Below, piece after piece: positions 47,425-57,719 of a stretch of DNA of 64,000 bases. The DNA is from Ilumatobacter sp. (GTDB lineage Bacteria > Actinomycetota > Acidimicrobiia > Acidimicrobiales > Ilumatobacteraceae): positions 1,099 through 65,098 of the forward strand of contig JABDKP010000038.1 of the NCBI GenBank assembly GCA_013002175.1, given 5' to 3'. The notes beneath the pieces were generated by a model that saw only the letters and a program-made list of their open reading frames with translations, ran no database searches and had not been told where the DNA came from. The position numbers and the translations under genes were made by a program. Each line of letters starts with the position of its first letter. Positions within the stretch are counted from its first letter, which is position 1.

Positions 47425-48897
47425 ATGAACACATTCGCGACGGCAACGCCGATCGGACCCGTCGAGGCCTTCTGGCGATTCCGCTCCTGGACGGTCCCGG
47501 TGACGGTCGTGATCGGCATCCTCGCGGGGCTCGCCGCGCTCGCCACGTCCGGGACGTCGACCGCCACGACGACGCTGTACCTCACCGACCCGCGGGGTAC
47601 GCCGGTGTTCCGCGACGGGTCGACCAACCCGACGGACCTCAATCGTTTCGCCCGCCAGCGGGCCGCCTTCGCCGAGTCGGTCACCGTGCGCGAGGCCGTC
47701 GTCAGCGAGATCGATGCATTGCGTGAGCAGAACCCGGACGACCCTCCCGCCCCCGAGAACGTGATCGACCTCGATGACGTGATCTCGGCGTCGGCAACGC
47801 CCACGTCCGACATCGAGATCACCTGCACGACCGAGGACGAACGGCGGGCACTGCTGGTCTGCGACCTCGTCAAGAACGCCTACGTCCGGCTCACCATCGA
47901 GGACACGAACGCCCGGGCCCAGGCTGCGGTCAGCGCATATCTCGCCGACCGCGACCGACTGATCGCCGACGAGGACGTCAACCCCGGTGCGAGCGCGATC
48001 GACGAGATCGACCTGAAGATCGCCGAAGTGCGCTCCGCGGCGGCGCTGTACGGCAGCGGAGTCGAGTTCATCGACTCGCCCCAGGTCGACGAGGACTCGC
48101 GCATCGTCCCTGCGGCCCAGTTCGCGTTGGCCGGCCTGCTGTTCGCCGCGTTCGCGATGGCCGCCCTCGCCTGGTTCCGGGCCGGCCGCCGACCCGTGAT
48201 CGCCGACAGCGCGGACGCGACGTCAGCGCTCCGGGCACCCCTGCTCGGCGAGATCACCGAGGCGCCCGCAACGCCCTTCGACGCGATCACACCACCCGGC
48301 GCGGCGTACCAGTTGCTCGCGACGAGCCTCAGCGCGGTCCATCCCGGAGGCGGTGTGGTGCTCGCCGGCACGGCGCTGCCGAGCACCGGCGCAGCCGAGA
48401 CGATCGCCCGCGTCAGTGCCGCCTCCGCTCGAGAGGGCCGTCGCGTGCTCGTGATCGACGGCAATCTGCGGGATCGCACGCTCAGCAAGTTGTTCGGCGT
48501 CGAGCAGTCGGCGGGAGGTCTGACCGAGTTGCTCGCGGGGCTCACCACATACGACGAGATCCGCCGCTCCGTCGGCGTCGGCGGGGCGGCGTCGCTCGAC
48601 CTGGTGACCGGAGGCCGCCCGATCGACGACCCGTCGAGCCTGTTCCGGTCGCAGGTCGCCCGCACGACGCTGGCGTCGCTGCGCGAGCGCTACGACCTCG
48701 TGCTCGTCCACGTGCCGCCGCTGCTGTCGGTCGCCGACGGATCGGCGCTGGCGGGCGAGGCCGACGGCGTCGTGCTGCTCGTCGACCGCGGGACGGAGTC
48801 GCACGACCTCGACACGGTCCGGCAGCGCCTCGACGTGCTGCGCGCGCCGGTGATCGGTGTCGTGTTCGACCATCGATCGCGCGACCACGGTCGCTGA
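47425..48897 (+). CDS. Polysaccharide co-polymerase/Wzc-like protein with degenerate BY-kinase domain
   Basis: Two TM segments flanking an extracellular loop; RVLVIDGNLR, GLTELL; GGAGG RBS before ATG 47425. Confidence 0.8.
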   Translation: MNTFATATPIGPVEAFWRFRSWTVPVTVVIGILAGLAALATSGTSTATTTLYLTDPRGTPVFRDGSTNPTDLNRFARQRAAFAESVTVREAVVSEIDALREQNPDDPPAPENVIDLDDVISASATPTSDIEITCTTEDERRALLVCDLVKNAYVRLTIEDTNARAQAAVSAYLADRDRLIADEDVNPGASAIDEIDLKIAEVRSAAALYGSGVEFIDSPQVDEDSRIVPAAQFALAGLLFAAFAMAALAWFRAGRRPVIADSADATSALRAPLLGEITEAPATPFDAITPPGAAYQLLATSLSAVHPGGGVVLAGTALPSTGAAETIARVSAASAREGRRVLVIDGNLRDRTLSKLFGVEQSAGGLTELLAGLTTYDEIRRSVGVGGAASLDLVTGGRPIDDPSSLFRSQVARTTLASLRERYDLVLVHVPPLLSVADGSALAGEADGVVLLVDRGTESHDLDTVRQRLDVLRAPVIGVVFDHRSRDHGR

Positions 48898-48915
48898 TCG
48901 GGGTGGCGAACGAGC

Positions 48916-51612
48916 ATGGCTGTTGAGATCCCGTCGCAGGTCGGACGGCCGCTCGGTGCGCTGATCTCGCAGGGCATCGTCGCCGCCTCCAGCCTCGCCC
49001 TCCAACTGATCGCCCTCAACCAGCTCGGCGCGCCAGGGCTCGGTGCGTTCAGCCTGCTGCTCGGCATCCTGATCACCGTCAACGCCGTCCAGAGCGGCTG
49101 GATCGGTGATTCGCTCACGGTGCTCGACCGGTTCGAGCCGGGCACCCGTCGGGCGCTGTTCCAGTCGCAGCTGATCGTCGTCGTCCTGGTCGCCGTGTCG
49201 ACGACCGCACTCGCGCTGCCGGTCGGCGGCATCGACGCCACGGCCGCGGTGTTGTTCGGGGTGGCGTCGGTGATGTGGGTGATCGAGGAGACGATGCGGC
49301 GCCTGTTGATCGCGCGGCGCGAGTTCTGGAAGCTCGTCGCCAATGACGCGTCGTTCGCGCTCGGGTCGCTGGGGATGATCGGGTTCACCGCGGCCAGAGG
49401 CCACACGTTCACGCTGGAAACCTTGATCCTCGCGCTCATCTCCGGCGCAGTGGTGGCGATCGGAGTTGCCGTCGTACAACTCCCGTCGATCGAGCTGTCG
49501 CCCGGCCTGCTCGCCGCATCGCGGTTGCGGGAGATGTCGTCGTTCGCCTTCTGGCGCGCCGCCCAGGTCGGGTTGCGCCCCGGCAGCATGGCGATCGTGC
49601 GGGCGGTCGTGGCCGGCGCAGTGTCGCTCGAGGCGCTCGGCCGGCTCGAGGCCGCGCGGCTGCTGCTCGCGCCGGTGCTGACCGCGGTCGGCGGTGCCGG
49701 CGTCTACCTGCTGCCGACGTACTCGGCGCAGGCGAAACGGGCGGAACGGTTCCGCCCCGCCGTGCCACTGGCGATGGCTCTCGTCGGAGGCATGGCGGCT
49801 GCGTACGGTGCCGTCGCACTGCTCGCCCGCGACCCGCTGATGCGGTTGCTCGATGACGGCACGACGATCGTCAGCGCCGCAGCACTGATCTCCTGGAGCC
49901 TGTACTCGATCGGCTTCGGCGCCGGTGTCCCCGCCGGCAACGCCGTGGTGTCGACCGGTCGCTCTCGCGTCGCGTTCCGGCTCCGCTGCGTCGACGCGCT
50001 GGTCGGGGTCACCGCGGCGTCACTGTTCGCGCTCGTCGGGTGGATCGACATCGTCCCGGCCGGGCTGGCGATCGGCACGTTCGTCGGCGCATTCCTGCTC
50101 CTCCAGGAATTGCAACAGCGCTCGACCATGCCGCTCGGCCCCCCGGAGTTCGCGACCCGGCGAGCCGACCTCGACGACCCGCTCGCGCCGTCGGACGACG
50201 ATGATGACGACGACGACGACGACGCGCCGTGGGTGTGGCAACCGCAGGCACCGGCCCCGCCGACACCGCGCGGCGACCGCGCGGTGATCGCCCGGCCCCG
50301 GCCGTTCCTGCCGGCACCCGCGGTCGAGCCCCGGGCAACCGTGCGGCGGGTCGCCCGCCAGCCCCTGCAGCAACGCCTGGTCTGGATCGTGCCGCTCGTG
50401 TTGATCGTCGCCACCGAGTACAAGGTGCGACGCCGCAGCATCAACGATGCCCTCAGTGGCGCGGTCGACCCGCTGATCGCGATCGAACTCCTCGTGTACG
50501 GCATCGTCGGCGCCTGGGCACTCTGGCGGCTGGTGCCGTTGCGCAGCAGCGTGTCGGTCCTCACCGTGGTGCTGTGGGGCTACGTCGCGACAACCGCAGC
50601 GAGCGCGTTGTACTCGAGCTTCCCGCTGCTCGGCATGGCCCGGGCAGTGCAGTTGGTCGTGATCGGGACGGTGATCCACCTGGTGATGGCCGTCGGCACC
50701 GTCGACACGATCAGCCGTCTCCTGCATGGATGGATCGTCCTGATGTCGGCGTCGATCGTCGCAGGGCTCGCCTACGTCGCCCCGACGACCGGTCCGCAGG
50801 TCGGCCGCTTCACATGGCTGTCGGTCCACAGCGTCAGTGCCGGCGCGATGCTGGCGATCTCGGTGTGCGTCACGTTCGGACTCTGGCTGGCCGCGGGTAC
50901 CCAGCGGCTGCGCTGGAAGCGCAGCGTGTACGGCACGTTGTTCGCCGTGCAATTCGTGTTCCTGCTGCTGACCCGGACGCGCGGCTCGATCGGCGGGGCA
51001 TGTGTCGCCATCGCCGTGATGGCGTGGGTGTGGTCGGGGACGACGATGAAGCCGCAACTGCTCCTGAGCAGCCTCGTCGCGGGCGGTGCCGCCGTCCTGG
51101 CGTTCGGCGCCCAGATCATCGACTTCCTGACGCGCGGGGAGTCGACGGATTCGATCGGCACGTTCAACCGTCGGACCGAGATCTGGTCACTCGCCTGGGA
51201 TGCGTTCCTGGAGCGGCCGCTGCACGGCTTGGGGTTCACGTCGGCGAAAGGCGTGTTCTTCGACGACACCGGGCTCGGCGGTGCGCACAACGCACTCGTC
51301 AACGTGATGATCGACGTCGGGCTCGTCGGGATGATGTGGTGGATCGGGCTGATCGTCGCCGTCGTGGTGACGGTCGACCGGCAGCGTCGTCGCCGGGCCC
51401 ACGGGCCGGGCCGCCTCGGGGCTGCGGGATTCGAACGGGCCGACCACGTCATCGTGATGGGCATCCTGATCGCCAGCCTGATCAACGGGGTCACGACCGA
51501 GGGCCTCGGGGCGGGCGTCAACGTGTCGGCCGTCTGGTTGTTCGTCGTCGCCGCGTGGCTCAGTGTGCTCGACCGTGAGACCCGCGCGGCAGACGAGCCG
51601 ATCGAGTCCTGA
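48916..51612 (+). CDS. Fusion of Wzx/MATE-like flippase domain and O-antigen ligase/Wzy-like domain
   Basis: Two hydrophobic halves joined by a Asp10/Pro-rich linker; LTRTRGS, RTEIW...PLHGLG...AHN in the C-terminal half. Confidence 0.75.
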   Translation: MAVEIPSQVGRPLGALISQGIVAASSLALQLIALNQLGAPGLGAFSLLLGILITVNAVQSGWIGDSLTVLDRFEPGTRRALFQSQLIVVVLVAVSTTALALPVGGIDATAAVLFGVASVMWVIEETMRRLLIARREFWKLVANDASFALGSLGMIGFTAARGHTFTLETLILALISGAVVAIGVAVVQLPSIELSPGLLAASRLREMSSFAFWRAAQVGLRPGSMAIVRAVVAGAVSLEALGRLEAARLLLAPVLTAVGGAGVYLLPTYSAQAKRAERFRPAVPLAMALVGGMAAAYGAVALLARDPLMRLLDDGTTIVSAAALISWSLYSIGFGAGVPAGNAVVSTGRSRVAFRLRCVDALVGVTAASLFALVGWIDIVPAGLAIGTFVGAFLLLQELQQRSTMPLGPPEFATRRADLDDPLAPSDDDDDDDDDDAPWVWQPQAPAPPTPRGDRAVIARPRPFLPAPAVEPRATVRRVARQPLQQRLVWIVPLVLIVATEYKVRRRSINDALSGAVDPLIAIELLVYGIVGAWALWRLVPLRSSVSVLTVVLWGYVATTAASALYSSFPLLGMARAVQLVVIGTVIHLVMAVGTVDTISRLLHGWIVLMSASIVAGLAYVAPTTGPQVGRFTWLSVHSVSAGAMLAISVCVTFGLWLAAGTQRLRWKRSVYGTLFAVQFVFLLLTRTRGSIGGACVAIAVMAWVWSGTTMKPQLLLSSLVAGGAAVLAFGAQIIDFLTRGESTDSIGTFNRRTEIWSLAWDAFLERPLHGLGFTSAKGVFFDDTGLGGAHNALVNVMIDVGLVGMMWWIGLIVAVVVTVDRQRRRRAHGPGRLGAAGFERADHVIVMGILIASLINGVTTEGLGAGVNVSAVWLFVVAAWLSVLDRETRAADEPIES

Positions 51613-51614
51613 GT

Positions 51615-52565
51615 TCAGTCGAGGCCGAGTTCGGCTGCGAAGTACGGGATCGTGAGGGCGAGACCCTCACGCAGCACGATCTCCGGCTCCCACCCGAGAT
51701 GGGTACGGGCCAGCGTGATGTCCGGCTGCCGCTGCTTCGGGTCGTCCTGCGGGAGGTCGCGGTGGACGATCGGGCTCGCCGAACCGGTGAGCTCGATGAC
51801 GAGGTCGGCCAGCTCGAGCATCGTGAACTCGCCGGGGTTGCCGATGTTGATCGGTCCGGTCTGATCGCCGTCGAGCAGGGCCAGCAGGCCACGCACCTCG
51901 TCGGCCACGTAGCAGAAGCTCCGCGTCTGCCGGCCGTCGCCGAACACGGTCAGCGGCTCGCCGCGCAGCGCCTGGACGATGAAGTTGGACACGACGCGGC
52001 CGTCGTCGGGCTGCATCCGTGGCCCGTACGTGTTGAAGATGCGCACGATCCGGACGTCGAGCCCGTGGGTGCGGTGGTAGGCCATCGTCAGCGCTTCGGA
52101 GAATCGCTTGGCCTCGTCGTACATGCTGCGCTGACCGATCGGGTTGACGTGCCCCCAATAGGTCTCGGGCTGCGGATGCTCGAGCGGGTCGCCGTAGACC
52201 TCACTCGTCGATGCCATGAAGAAGCGGGCACCGTGGCGGCGACTGACTTCCAGCAGGTTGCGCGTCCCCAGACTGCCGACGTCGAGCGTTTCGATCGGCA
52301 GGGCGTAGTAGTCCTTCGGTGAGGCTGCGCTGGCGAGGTTCATCACCGCGTCGATCTCGCCGTCGAGCGCGTCGGTCAGCGCCCCGGCATCCACCACGTC
52401 GACCTCGACGGACTCGAAGTCCGGGTGCTCGGCGACGTGGGCGATGTTCGCCGGCCGCCCGGTGACGAAGTTGTCGACGGAGACGACGCGGTCGCCGCGG
52501 GCGAGCAGTGCGTCACACAGGTGCGATCCGAGGAACCCGGCACCGCCGGCGACGACGACCCGCAT
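51615..52565 (-). CDS. UDP-glucuronate decarboxylase (UDP-xylose synthase) family
   Basis: [52 protein letters not shown]. Confidence 0.92.
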   Translation of the reverse strand: MRVVVAGGAGFLGSHLCDALLARGDRVVSVDNFVTGRPANIAHVAEHPDFESVEVDVVDAGALTDALDGEIDAVMNLASAASPKDYYALPIETLDVGSLGTRNLLEVSRRHGARFFMASTSEVYGDPLEHPQPETYWGHVNPIGQRSMYDEAKRFSEALTMAYHRTHGLDVRIVRIFNTYGPRMQPDDGRVVSNFIVQALRGEPLTVFGDGRQTRSFCYVADEVRGLLALLDGDQTGPINIGNPGEFTMLELADLVIELTGSASPIVHRDLPQDDPKQRQPDITLARTHLGWEPEIVLREGLALTIPYFAAELGLD

Positions 52566-53917
52566 CAGCGGCGGCCGACGCCGTCGTAACCGAGGCCGGC
52601 GTCCTTGACGTCGGACGGGTCGAACATGTTGCGCATGTCGACGATCGTGGTTCCAGGTCGGGCTCGCTCGGCGACGTCGTCGAGGTCGACCTTCGTGAAC
52701 TCGGGCCACTCGGTGAACACGCAGATGACGTCGGCGTCGTCGGCGACCTCGATCAGCTCGTCGACCAGTTCGACGCCGGCCAGCGCTGCGGCACGGTGCG
52801 ACGTCAGTTCACCGCAGGTGGTCGGGTCGAATGCCCGCACCGTTGCCCCGGCGCGGCGCAACTCGTCGATGATCGCGATCGCCGGCGATTCACGCAGGTC
52901 GTCGGTGCCCGCCTTGAACGTGAGCCCCATCGCGCCGACCGTCACGCCGGACAGGTTGGAGTGATGACGGCCGACGGCGCGTGCGACCTTGTCGACCATC
53001 CGCATCCGTTGCTCGTCGTTGACCTCGACGACACCCTTCATCATCGAGAAGTTGTAGCCGTGCTCCTCCGCGATCTTGACGAGCGCGCGAGAGTCCTTCG
53101 GGAAGCACGAACCGCCCCAACCGGGGCCGGGACTCAGGAATTGACGGCCGATCCGCTTGTCCGACCCGATTCCGTCGACCACGGCGGCGACGTCGGCGCC
53201 GACCGCCTCGCACATCGCGGCGACCGCGTTGACGAAGCTGATCTTCATCGCGAGGAACCCGTTGGCGGCGTACTTGATCGTTTCGGCCGACGCCGGATCG
53301 GTGATCAGGACCGGCGTGTCGATGTTGGCGTAGAGCTCACCGACCCGTTCGGCCGCAGCACGGTCGGCGCTGCCGATCACGACGCGGTCGGGCAGGAGGA
53401 AGTCCCGTACGGCGGTGCCCTCGCGCAGGAACTCGGGGTTGGAGACGACGTGGACGTCGTCTCGCTGGAGCACGGCTTCGACGACCAGCGTCGACCCGAC
53501 CGGCACGGTCGACTTGTTGACGACGACGGCGCCCGGCTTCAGCACCGGAGCGATCGAGCGGGCCGCGGCCTCGATGTACGACAGGTCGGCGCTGCCGTCC
53601 TCACTCTGCGGCGTCGGCACGCAGAGGAAGACGATGTCGGCGTCGGCGGCCGCGCCGGCCGCGCCGAGCACGAACTCGAGCCGGCCGAGCTGGCGGGCGT
53701 CGACGACGATCTGTTCCAGGCCGTCCTCGACGATCGGGAGGTGACCGGAATTCAGCTGTTCGATCTTGTGCTCGTCGATGTCACCGCACACGACGTGGTG
53801 GCCGAGATGGGCGAAACATGCACCGGTCGTCAGGCCCACGTACCCGGTGCCAACCACTCCGAGGCGGATCGACGTCGATGGCATTGGGGTGAATCCTTCG
53901 GTGATGTTCTCGGACAC
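52565..53917 (-). CDS. ugd: UDP-glucose 6-dehydrogenase
   Basis: [38 protein letters not shown]; start may be 53884. Confidence 0.93.
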   Translation of the reverse strand: MSENITEGFTPMPSTSIRLGVVGTGYVGLTTGACFAHLGHHVVCGDIDEHKIEQLNSGHLPIVEDGLEQIVVDARQLGRLEFVLGAAGAAADADIVFLCVPTPQSEDGSADLSYIEAAARSIAPVLKPGAVVVNKSTVPVGSTLVVEAVLQRDDVHVVSNPEFLREGTAVRDFLLPDRVVIGSADRAAAERVGELYANIDTPVLITDPASAETIKYAANGFLAMKISFVNAVAAMCEAVGADVAAVVDGIGSDKRIGRQFLSPGPGWGGSCFPKDSRALVKIAEEHGYNFSMMKGVVEVNDEQRMRMVDKVARAVGRHHSNLSGVTVGAMGLTFKAGTDDLRESPAIAIIDELRRAGATVRAFDPTTCGELTSHRAAALAGVELVDELIEVADDADVICVFTEWPEFTKVDLDDVAERARPGTTIVDMRNMFDPSDVKDAGLGYDGVGRR

Positions 53918-54049
53918 GGTGCCCGCTTTCCGATGCTGAGGTGGTCAATGACGATGTGGTCCGCTCCAGCACAGGGTGTCGGACTCACAAAGTTATCGGT
54001 GCAAACACACGGAATCTTGAGAAATGCCGGGCCTGCGACGCGGTCGATC

Positions 54050-56176
54050 TCAGCGGTCGGAGACTGCCTGGACGAGGACGTGCCATCCGACCTCCGGCTC
54101 GTCGGGCTCGACGGCCGGTGCGTCATCGGTGACCGGAGTCTGCGGCGCTGCATTCGCCGTGGCCGCTGCCGTGAGGGTCGCCGCGTCGCCGACGACGATC
54201 GCACTGCGCGGCACGGTGGTCGACACCAGGCGGACGGCGGGCTGTGGGGCCCTCGATCCGGCGGCCGCACCGGTCGACACGGCCGCCGCGCCGGCCCGGT
54301 CTGTCGATGCCTCCGGTGTCGCCGTCGTGGTGAGGGTCGTGGTGAGGGTCGTGGTGGTGGCGGGCGTGGTCGTGGCGAGCGTCGTGGTCGAGGCGGTGCT
54401 CGTCGTCGCCGGCTGAACAGGTGTCACGTCGAGCGTCGGAGCGCTGCTCGGCGCCGTCGGAGCGGGAGGGCTTGTCTCGGCGGTGGGTGCCGGGGTCGCG
54501 GGGGTCGTCGGTGCGGGCGGCATTTCTGATGCCGAGAGCGGTCCGGCGGGGTGGGCACTGTTCGCCGCGGCGCCGGCCACGAGCGCGATCCTGCCGGGCA
54601 GCGGATGCCCGAGCGGGGCACCGTCGACCTGTCGGAAGTCGCCGGACGCAGCGTGGCGGGTGTACGGGTTGACCGACCCGGCATCGAACGTCGCGTCGCC
54701 GTCCAGCCCGGCGGCGACGCGGTGCTGCTCGATCGTGGCGGAGAGGGCGAGGTCCGCAGGCCAGTGCGCAAAGCGGGAGATGAACGGCGTCGGCGAACCC
54801 GCCGGCAGCCAGTAGCGGTTGCCGGCCATCGTCAGGTTCATCTCGCCGGTCGAGCGGTCCTTCGTCCAGTCGTCCACCGCGATGACCGACTGCGCCGCCG
54901 CGCTGCCGCCGCCGAACGTGTTGTTCACGACGGAGACGTCGAACACGTCCGAGCGGGGACCGTCGAGGATCCACAGGTCGCGGAAGTTGTCGAACGCGGC
55001 GTTGTGCCAGACGTCGACATCGCTGCTCTCGAGCACCCAGATCCCGGTCATCGCGTTCCCGGTCGACACGTTGTCGACGATCGTCGCCGCCGTCGACAAT
55101 TCGATCATGATGCCGTGGCGGGAGTTGTCCTGCACGAGGTTGCGGGCGACCGTGATGTCCGAGGTCGACAGGTCGGTCCAGATCGCAGGGCCACCGTTGC
55201 GGGAAACCGTGGAATCGGTGACGACGACACCGGCCGACTCGGTCACCTTGAATCCGCCGGCAGCGTGGTGGAAGTTGAATCCGTGGGCGTTGTTGTCGAC
55301 GATCGTCGAGTCGGTGATCGACAGCGCCGTGCTGCGGTGGGCGTGCGCCCCCAGATGGCCGTTGCGGCGCGCCGTCAACCGCTCGATCGAGATGTTGTCG
55401 CCGATCGCCGAGACGCCCATGTAGGCGTTGTCCTCGACCGTGACGTCGCGCAGCGTCAGGTCGTCGGCGTACGCCCGGATCGCAGCCATGTTCGTGTACG
55501 GGGTGGCGTAGCGGCGGACGGTGATCCCGGTCAGCGACGAACCGTCGGCATGGTTGAGGTACAGGCCCCACGCCAGCTCGGAGCCCTCGACGAGCCGGCC
55601 GGCCGGGTCGTCGCCGATCCACACCTGTCCGGCCGCGACGTCGTAGAAGAACGTCCCGGGCTCGACGGCGCCGCGGGTCGCCACCTCGACGAGTTGGACG
55701 CCGTCGACGAAGAACTGCTCCGACCAGCCGGCCACGGGAAGTTCCGGGAGCACGTGCGGCTCGGGAGCGCGCTCGAAACCGGTCGTCCACGGCGCCCGCC
55801 AGTCACCATCGGCGGCAGACCAGCCGTGCACCTCGGTGGCGCCGTCGAACACCACGGTCGCACCGGGGGCCGCAGCGAGTTCGACCGCCTTGCCGTAGAC
55901 CTGGACCTGCTCGTGGTACGTGCCCGACCCGACGACGATCCGGTCGCCGTCTCGCGCCAGCTTGACCGCTCTGGCGACGGTCCGAACCGGCCTGTCTGCG
56001 GTGCCGTCTGCATGGTCGGCGCCGGCTGGGTCGACGTGGATGGTCGCCGCCGCACGGACCGGCTCGGCCACGTGCAGGGCGACCGCACTCGACGCCACCG
56101 TCGTCATCGTCAAGAGTGCGATCGCGAGGCGCGTCGGACGGTTGATCGGACGGAGCGAGGTGAGGTGCGCAGACAT
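54050..56176 (-). CDS. Secreted right-handed parallel beta-helix protein with Pro/Thr-rich C-terminal tail
   Basis: Signal peptide, DGTADRPVRT...GTYHE start, Asn-rich beta-helix coils, TTTL/PA-rich tail. Confidence 0.85.
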   Translation of the reverse strand: MSAHLTSLRPINRPTRLAIALLTMTTVASSAVALHVAEPVRAAATIHVDPAGADHADGTADRPVRTVARAVKLARDGDRIVVGSGTYHEQVQVYGKAVELAAAPGATVVFDGATEVHGWSAADGDWRAPWTTGFERAPEPHVLPELPVAGWSEQFFVDGVQLVEVATRGAVEPGTFFYDVAAGQVWIGDDPAGRLVEGSELAWGLYLNHADGSSLTGITVRRYATPYTNMAAIRAYADDLTLRDVTVEDNAYMGVSAIGDNISIERLTARRNGHLGAHAHRSTALSITDSTIVDNNAHGFNFHHAAGGFKVTESAGVVVTDSTVSRNGGPAIWTDLSTSDITVARNLVQDNSRHGIMIELSTAATIVDNVSTGNAMTGIWVLESSDVDVWHNAAFDNFRDLWILDGPRSDVFDVSVVNNTFGGGSAAAQSVIAVDDWTKDRSTGEMNLTMAGNRYWLPAGSPTPFISRFAHWPADLALSATIEQHRVAAGLDGDATFDAGSVNPYTRHAASGDFRQVDGAPLGHPLPGRIALVAGAAANSAHPAGPLSASEMPPAPTTPATPAPTAETSPPAPTAPSSAPTLDVTPVQPATTSTASTTTLATTTPATTTTLTTTLTTTATPEASTDRAGAAAVSTGAAAGSRAPQPAVRLVSTTVPRSAIVVGDAATLTAAATANAAPQTPVTDDAPAVEPDEPEVGWHVLVQAVSDR

Positions 56177-56350
56177 GGGCCGGATCCGCCGCCGACGTCG
56201 TGTGTCGTGCGGGGTACCAGAGATGTCGGCAGCGCGATGGGCGCGCTCGATTCATGGTTGGGACAAGGATGTGTCCGGTGCGAGTCAAGGCCGCACCGTC
56301 GATCGCGCGCCCGATGGCCGGGCGGCCACGGTGCGTCGACGATCGACGGC

Positions 56351-57592
56351 TCAGTTGCGCGGCACCTCGTTCCACGGCGGCGCTTTGTCGACGCGCGGCT
56401 CGCCGGGGAGCCCGAGGACTTGCTCACCGATGATGTTGCGCATGATCTCCGACGTCCCACCCTCGATCGAGTTGGCGCGCACACGGAGGAACGCGTAGCG
56501 CAGGCCGTGGGCGGTGCCGGTGACGTCGAGGTCGCCGGGACGGCGGAACGTGTAGTCGTAGCCGGTGAGCGCGTCGGCGCCCAGGAGGTTCATGCAGAAG
56601 TCGTACAGCGCCTTGTTCAATCGCGAGTAGGCCAGCTTGGCGATCGACATCTCCGGGCCGGGGTTGCCGGCCTTGGCGTTCTGACCGGCGCGCATGTTGG
56701 TCAACCGTCCGACCTCGGCCTCGACCCAGAGCTGCATCAGGCGATCCTTGGCGACCGGTGTGCGCGCCGTCTCGTCGAGCGAGCCCCACAGCTCGACGGC
56801 ATCGTTCGCCGCGCCGCCGCGGCGGACCGCTCCCCCACCGCCGGCACCGATCGCGTTGCGCTCGTTCATCAGCGTCGTCAGACTCGCCCGCCAGCCCTCC
56901 CCGACGTCGCCGATGCGGTGCTCGTCGGGCACCCGCACGTCGGTCATGTAGACCTCGTTGAACTCGGCTTCCCCGGTGATCTGGCGCAACGGCCGCACTT
57001 CGACGCCGGGCGCGCGCATGTCGAGCGCGAAGTACGTCATCCCCTTGTGCTTCGGCGCCTCCGGATCGGTGCGCGTGACGAGCATGCCGAAGTCCGCGAG
57101 GTGCGCCAGCGTGTTCCAGACCTTCTGACCGTTGACGATCCACTCGTCGCCGTCACGCTCGGCCCTCGTCGCGAGGCCGGCGAAGTCCGACCCGGCGCCG
57201 GGCTCGGAGAACAGCTGGCACCACGTCTCCTCGCCGGTGAACATCGGGCGGAGGAAACGACGCTGCACGTCCTCGCTGCCGTGCGTCGCGATCGTCGGCC
57301 CGGCGAGGTTCATGAAGAACGTGCGCGGGTCGGTGGGCTTCGCACCTGCTTCGCGCAGCCGCCGCTCGACCAGGCGGTTGAGGTCGGGCCGGACGCCCAG
57401 CCCGCCGCTGCCCGGCGCGAAATGCACCCACGCGAGACCGGCGTCGAAGCGTGCGCCGCGAAACGCGACGTTGTCCGTCGCGGCCGGGTCGTGCTCGGCG
57501 AGCAGCGCATCGATCGCGTCGAGGACGAGCTTCGTCTCGTCGTCGGGCGGCGTCCCGGACGAAGTTTCCTGGGCGACGTCGATCGTGGTCAT
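56351..57592 (-). CDS. Acyl-CoA dehydrogenase
   Basis: WCQLFSEPGAGSD, NGQKVW, FNEV, IEGGTSEI. Confidence 0.93.
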   Translation of the reverse strand: MTTIDVAQETSSGTPPDDETKLVLDAIDALLAEHDPAATDNVAFRGARFDAGLAWVHFAPGSGGLGVRPDLNRLVERRLREAGAKPTDPRTFFMNLAGPTIATHGSEDVQRRFLRPMFTGEETWCQLFSEPGAGSDFAGLATRAERDGDEWIVNGQKVWNTLAHLADFGMLVTRTDPEAPKHKGMTYFALDMRAPGVEVRPLRQITGEAEFNEVYMTDVRVPDEHRIGDVGEGWRASLTTLMNERNAIGAGGGGAVRRGGAANDAVELWGSLDETARTPVAKDRLMQLWVEAEVGRLTNMRAGQNAKAGNPGPEMSIAKLAYSRLNKALYDFCMNLLGADALTGYDYTFRRPGDLDVTGTAHGLRYAFLRVRANSIEGGTSEIMRNIIGEQVLGLPGEPRVDKAPPWNEVPRN

Positions 57593-57719
57593 CCGCAGAG
57601 TGTCGCAAAGCGATCCGATCACGTCGCAGTCGGAACCTCCCGCGAGACCGATGGCACATGCCGCCGTGCCGGCGGGAGCATCCCCCCGACCCATCGCCCT
57701 GCTTGGGTACGTTCGTCGT

